A stretch of 64,000 nucleotides of DNA, from assembly GCA_963709345.1 (NCBI GenBank), contig CAVPVX010000007.1, positions 448,001 through 512,000 on the forward strand. Direction: 5' to 3'. How positions within the stretch are numbered: position 1 is the first letter of the stretch; every line of letters begins with the position of its first letter. Shown piece by piece: positions 60,254 to 64,000 of this stretch. The notes beneath the pieces were generated by a model that saw nothing but the letters and a program-made list of their open reading frames with translations, ran no database searches and had not been told where the DNA came from. The translations under genes were made by a program, and so were the position numbers. This DNA is from an uncultured Actinomycetes bacterium. GTDB taxonomy: Bacteria > Actinomycetota > Thermoleophilia > UBA2241.

Positions 60254-61012
60254 CTAGCTCACCGCCACCGGCGGGGCGGGCTCGAGCAGGAGCGCAGCAT
60301 CGAGCTCGTCGTCGGCCGCGCGGACGCTGGATGGCGCGCCCTCCAGCTCCTTGATGCGTCCGCGGTCGAGCCAGATCCGGCGCGACGCGCGGCTCGCGAC
60401 CCACGTATCGTGCGTCACGACGATCAGCGTCTGGCCGCGTTCGCGCCAGAGCTGCTCGAGCAGCCCGACGATGTCGTCACGTGTGCGCTCATCCAAGTTC
60501 CCGGTGGGCTCGTCGGCGAAGATCACGCGGGGGGCTCTGACGACCGCCCGCGCGATCGCCACGCGCTGCTGCTCGCCGCCGCTCAGCTCGGCCGGGATGT
60601 GTCGGGCGCGGTCTGCCAACCCGACCCCTTCCAGCGCCTCGGCGGCGCGCCGGCGGCGCTCCTCGCCGCCGACATGCCACGGCACGAGCGCCGTCTCCAC
60701 GTTCTCTTGGGCGTTCAAGGTCGGAATGAGGTTGAAGGCCTGGAAGATGAAGCCGAAGGCGTGGCTCCTGAGCTCCGAGAGGTCGCCCTCGCCCATCTTG
60801 GCGAGGTCGCGACCCTCGAACAGCAGCTTGCCACCCGAAGGCCGGTCCATGGCGCCGAGCATCTGCAGAAGCGTCGTCTTGCCCGATCCGGTCGAGCCTT
60901 GGATCGCGAGGAACTCGCCCTCGTCGATGGTCAGGTCGATCCCCGCCAGAGCGTCGATCCGCTTGCGGCGCTGGGTGTAGCGCTTGGTCACGTCGGTCAG
61001 GTCGTACAACAT
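60254..61012 (-). CDS. ABC transporter ATP-binding protein (MacB/LolD-like)
   Basis: GSTGSGKT, FIFQAFNL, LSGGEQQRVAIARA, ADEPTGNLD, VTHD. Confidence 0.93.
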   Translation of the reverse strand: MLYDLTDVTKRYTQRRKRIDALAGIDLTIDEGEFLAIQGSTGSGKTTLLQMLGAMDRPSGGKLLFEGRDLAKMGEGDLSELRSHAFGFIFQAFNLIPTLNAQENVETALVPWHVGGEERRRRAAEALEGVGLADRARHIPAELSGGEQQRVAIARAVVRAPRVIFADEPTGNLDERTRDDIVGLLEQLWRERGQTLIVVTHDTWVASRASRRIWLDRGRIKELEGAPSSVRAADDELDAALLLEPAPPVAVS

Positions 61013-61064
61013 CGCGTTTCCTTTCGCGTGAGTGATCAGGGTCTGGCCGGTCGACTCGCTGGCG

Positions 61065-62486
61065 TCAGTCGACCCGGCGCAGGGCGTCGGCCGGACGCAG
61101 CCGTGAGGCACGCCAGCCGCCCAGTGCACCGGCGACCAGAGCGCCGGCCAGAGCCAGAGCCACGGCGATGCCGACGAGCTGCAGGCTCACGGGGGCCGTC
61201 AGGGCAACGCTGACGCTCTGGGCGGCTTCGGCAGCCCCTTCCGCGCCGGGCCCGCGCATGCCTTGAGCGGCGGACTCCACGGTCGCCTCCAGCGCGGGAG
61301 AAAGCGCGGCGATGAGCCGAGCTCCCAGGACGCCGAGAACCACGCCGAGCACGGCGCCGATGACGCCCTGCACCATGGACTCGCCGAGCACTTGGCCGAC
61401 GATGCGGCGACCCTTCCAGCCGAGAGCCTTGAGGGTGCCGAACTCACGCACCCGCCGGGAGACCGCGGACACGGTCAGCAGGCTGGCCACGGCGAAGGAG
61501 GCGACCAAGGCTGCGACGGTGAGCCACTTGCCGAGCGTATCCGCGAGGCCGGAGGCACTCGAGAGCGAGCCACTCACCTGGTCGGCGAGATCGGCCGACG
61601 TGGTGACGGTCGCCTTGGGAAGGACCTTCTCGATCTCGGCCTTCACACTCGCGATCTGGTCGGCGCTGCCCGCCTGCACATAGATCTGATTGACCTTGTC
61701 CGCGTTGTCGCTGAGTTTCTGGGCACGCGCCAAGGGGATGTAGACGTCCGACGACGTGCTTCCGCTGGGCAGGGCGACGATGCCGACGATCTCGAACTTG
61801 GTCGTGTCGATCTTCATCGTGTCGCCGACCGCCAGGGAGTTCTGCTTCGCGTAGGCCTTCGTGACCAGCGCCACCTTCGCGTTGGTCTCATCGCTGGTAA
61901 GCGTGCGACCGGAAGTGATCTGCCCGGCACTGAGAGGGCCCAACTTGAGATCCGTGACTTCCACGCCGGTGATCGAGAACGTTGAGACGTCGATGGCCGA
62001 CACGCCGGACGCGCCGCCCGCCTGTTCCTCGGCGCCGCCAGCGCCCCCGCCGCCGCCCCCGCCGCCTTCCTGGCTCGGGTCGAACTCGCCGGATACGTGG
62101 ATGGAGTTCAAGCTCAGGCTGCCGGTGACGGCATTCACGCCATCGAGCGCGGAAATGGTCGCCACCCTCTTCTCCGCGATGGCCTGCTGGCCCGGGCTGC
62201 TGGTGATCCTGGTGCGGTCGATGGTGCCGCCCTCTGTCGCGTCTCTGGGCGGCCGCATGCCCAATCGCTGGGGGCCGCCCTCATCGAGTTTGCGCTCCTG
62301 CGAGACGGTGATGTCGGTGCCGACACCGTAGAGCGATTGCAGCACCTCGTCTTGAGCGTTGCTGACACCGCCAGCGTAGGCAGTCACCGCCACGACCAGG
62401 GCCACGCCGACGGCGAGCCCCAGAGCAGTGAGCAGCGCCTGCCGATGTCGGCGGCGCAGCTCACGGAACACGTAGGTGAAGAACAT
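61065..62486 (-). CDS. ABC transporter permease (MacB/FtsX family)
   Basis: N-terminal TM, large extracytoplasmic domain, RRVREFGTLKALGW, RLRPADALR. Confidence 0.92.
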   Translation of the reverse strand: MFFTYVFRELRRRHRQALLTALGLAVGVALVVAVTAYAGGVSNAQDEVLQSLYGVGTDITVSQERKLDEGGPQRLGMRPPRDATEGGTIDRTRITSSPGQQAIAEKRVATISALDGVNAVTGSLSLNSIHVSGEFDPSQEGGGGGGGGAGGAEEQAGGASGVSAIDVSTFSITGVEVTDLKLGPLSAGQITSGRTLTSDETNAKVALVTKAYAKQNSLAVGDTMKIDTTKFEIVGIVALPSGSTSSDVYIPLARAQKLSDNADKVNQIYVQAGSADQIASVKAEIEKVLPKATVTTSADLADQVSGSLSSASGLADTLGKWLTVAALVASFAVASLLTVSAVSRRVREFGTLKALGWKGRRIVGQVLGESMVQGVIGAVLGVVLGVLGARLIAALSPALEATVESAAQGMRGPGAEGAAEAAQSVSVALTAPVSLQLVGIAVALALAGALVAGALGGWRASRLRPADALRRVD

Positions 62487-62570
62487 CGTCCCTCCTCGTT
62501 CGCTGACGGGCGGCACGGTACGCTCCGCTCCGCCGCCACATGGCGTCCTGCCCCAGTTCTAGCGGGCGGG

Positions 62571-62692
62571 GCTTGGAACCGACTGAAGCCACGCTGTGAG
62601 TCGCCTGAGACCCGTCGGCGCGGCCGCCCGGCGTGAGCTTCAGGCGGCCTTCAGGCTCTTCTCAGGAAACGCACAGAAAAGGCGCGTACAAT
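62571..62692. promoter_or_regulatory. Divergent promoter with two oppositely oriented arrays of 11-bp-periodic OmpR-family boxes
   Basis: Plus: CTTCAGG, CTTCAGG, TCTCAGG, GCACAGA (62638-62677), then TACAAT (62687-62692). Minus: TCTCAG, TCACAG, CTTCAG, TCCAAG (62610-62572). Confidence 0.7.
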
Positions 62693-62736
62693 CGTCGCGG
62701 GGAAGAAAACGGACGGACCACCGCGGGAGGGCCACC

Positions 62737-63441
62737 ATGATCGAGACACCGGCCGGGGCGACACGGGTGCTCGTCGTCGACGACGAGGACAGCATCACCG
62801 ACCTCGTCTCGATGGCTCTGCGCTACGAGCAGTTCGCCGTGCAGGTGGCTCACAACGGCCGTGAGGCTCTCGATGCCGCGGAGGCGTTCGCGCCGGACCT
62901 GATCGTGCTCGACATCATGATGCCGGGAATCGACGGCTTCGAGGTCGCCCGGCGCCTGCGCAACAGCGGCGCCGGCACGCCCGTCCTCTTCCTCACCGCC
63001 CGTGACGCGACGGACGACAAGGTGCGCGGGCTCACGCTCGGCGGGGACGACTACATGACCAAGCCGTTCAGCGTCGAGGAGCTGGTGGCGCGCATCCGCG
63101 CGATCCTGCGGCGCGTGCAGCCGGCCTCCGCTTCGCCCGGCCGGCTCGCCTTCTCCGATCTCGAGCTCGACGAGGACACGCACGAGGTCTGGCGCGCGGG
63201 GCGCGAGATCGAGCTCACGGCGACCGAGTTCAAGCTTCTCCGCTACCTGCTCCTCAACGCGCGCCGCGTGCTGAGCAAGGACCAGATCCTCGACCACGTC
63301 TGGAACTACGACTTCGGCGGCAACGCCAACATCGTCGAGACCTACATCAGCTACCTGCGGCGCAAAGTCGACGCCGGGGGCGCCCCGCTGATCCACACCG
63401 TCCGCGGCGTGGGCTACAGCCTGCGCCTTCCCAAAGAGTGA
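62737..63441 (+). CDS. OmpR/PhoB family response regulator (TcrX/PhoP-like)
   Basis: VLVVDDE, LDIMMP, FLTARD, DDYMTKPF, winged helix VETYISYLRRK, TVRGVGY. Confidence 0.95.
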   Translation: MIETPAGATRVLVVDDEDSITDLVSMALRYEQFAVQVAHNGREALDAAEAFAPDLIVLDIMMPGIDGFEVARRLRNSGAGTPVLFLTARDATDDKVRGLTLGGDDYMTKPFSVEELVARIRAILRRVQPASASPGRLAFSDLELDEDTHEVWRAGREIELTATEFKLLRYLLLNARRVLSKDQILDHVWNYDFGGNANIVETYISYLRRKVDAGGAPLIHTVRGVGYSLRLPKE

Positions 63442-63451
63442 CGACGACGCC

Positions 63452-64000
63452 GTGAGCCTGCGCACCCGCCTGCTGCTGGCCGTCCTTGCCCTGGTGGCCA
63501 CCGGCTTCGTCGTGGCCGGCGCGGCCACGTACCTGTCGCTGCGCTCGTTCCTGCTGGAGCGCGTCGACCAGCAGCTGCGCGACGCGCGCGTGCCCGTCGC
63601 CAGAGCGCTCTCCAGCGGGCCCGGCAGCGCCCTGCCGTTCGACCCTACGAGGGACGGTCGCGACGGCAACCTGCCCCCCGGGACGTACGGTCAGGTCCGT
63701 GACGCGAACGGTTCCATCCTCAACACGGTGACCTTCTCCTACGGCGGCGACGAGCCGGCGCCGGTGCTGCCCGACCCGCTGCCGTCAGCGGCACGCGCCC
63801 GCGGCGGGACGATCTTCTCCGCCGGCAGCACCGCCGGCAGCGCGGCTCCGGGCTTCCGCGTGCTTGTCCAGGACGTGCCCGGCGTGCAGCGGGTGCTGGT
63901 CGTCGCGGTGCCTCTCACGGAGACCCGCCAGACGCTCACGCAGCTCATCGGCGTGGAGGTCGTGGTGCTGCTCGGCGTGCTCGCCGCGCTCGCCGTCGCC
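63452..64000 (+). CDS. Sensor histidine kinase, partial (runs off the right edge)
   Basis: MSLRTRLLLAVLALV...LRSFLLERVDQQL; TM - extracytoplasmic domain - TM, directly after the response regulator; kinase domain not in window. Confidence 0.8.
   Translation, partial: MSLRTRLLLAVLALVATGFVVAGAATYLSLRSFLLERVDQQLRDARVPVARALSSGPGSALPFDPTRDGRDGNLPPGTYGQVRDANGSILNTVTFSYGGDEPAPVLPDPLPSAARARGGTIFSAGSTAGSAAPGFRVLVQDVPGVQRVLVVAVPLTETRQTLTQLIGVEVVVLLGVLAALAVA

Overview
High-GC bacterial chromosomal DNA, most consistent with an anaerobic or facultatively anaerobic Actinomycetota lineage such as Thermoleophilia. That taxonomy is inferred from GC content, leaderless TANNNT promoters and gene style, and is not proven. 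The window holds about 47 CDSs and one ncRNA: a large Alu-domain SRP RNA in the ffs-dnaX-ybaB-recR arrangement. It contains two flavin/Fe-S redox operons. (1) 9.6-17.8 kb: pyruvate:ferredoxin oxidoreductase gamma, delta and alpha genes, then NuoE/HydC-like and NuoF/HydB-like genes, then one ~1060-aa ORF fusing a NuoG/HydA-type Fe-S scaffold, a GltD/NfnB-like flavin domain and the otherwise missing TPP-binding POR beta subunit. This is a candidate electron-bifurcating (Bfu/HydABC-family) 2-oxoacid oxidoreductase and the most novel-looking system here. (2) 45.2-53.3 kb: hdrA(large)-mvhD-metV-metF-hdrC-hdrB, a Moorella-type Hdr-linked methylene-THF reductase. Also present: a Pat-like acyl-CoA ligase/GNAT fusion, acs, nrfHA (CXXCH-type NrfA with an Fnr/Crp-like box at about -41.5), a P-type ATPase, 5-oxoprolinase, a CheB-CheR fusion followed by three PAS histidine kinases with no response regulator, a degenerate GGDEF protein, and an ABC exporter divergent from an OmpR-family two-component system with 11-bp-periodic operator arrays. 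Many genes carry clustered single-base frameshifts that look like long-read consensus errors rather than pseudogenisation. No CRISPR array, tRNA, rRNA or IS element was seen.
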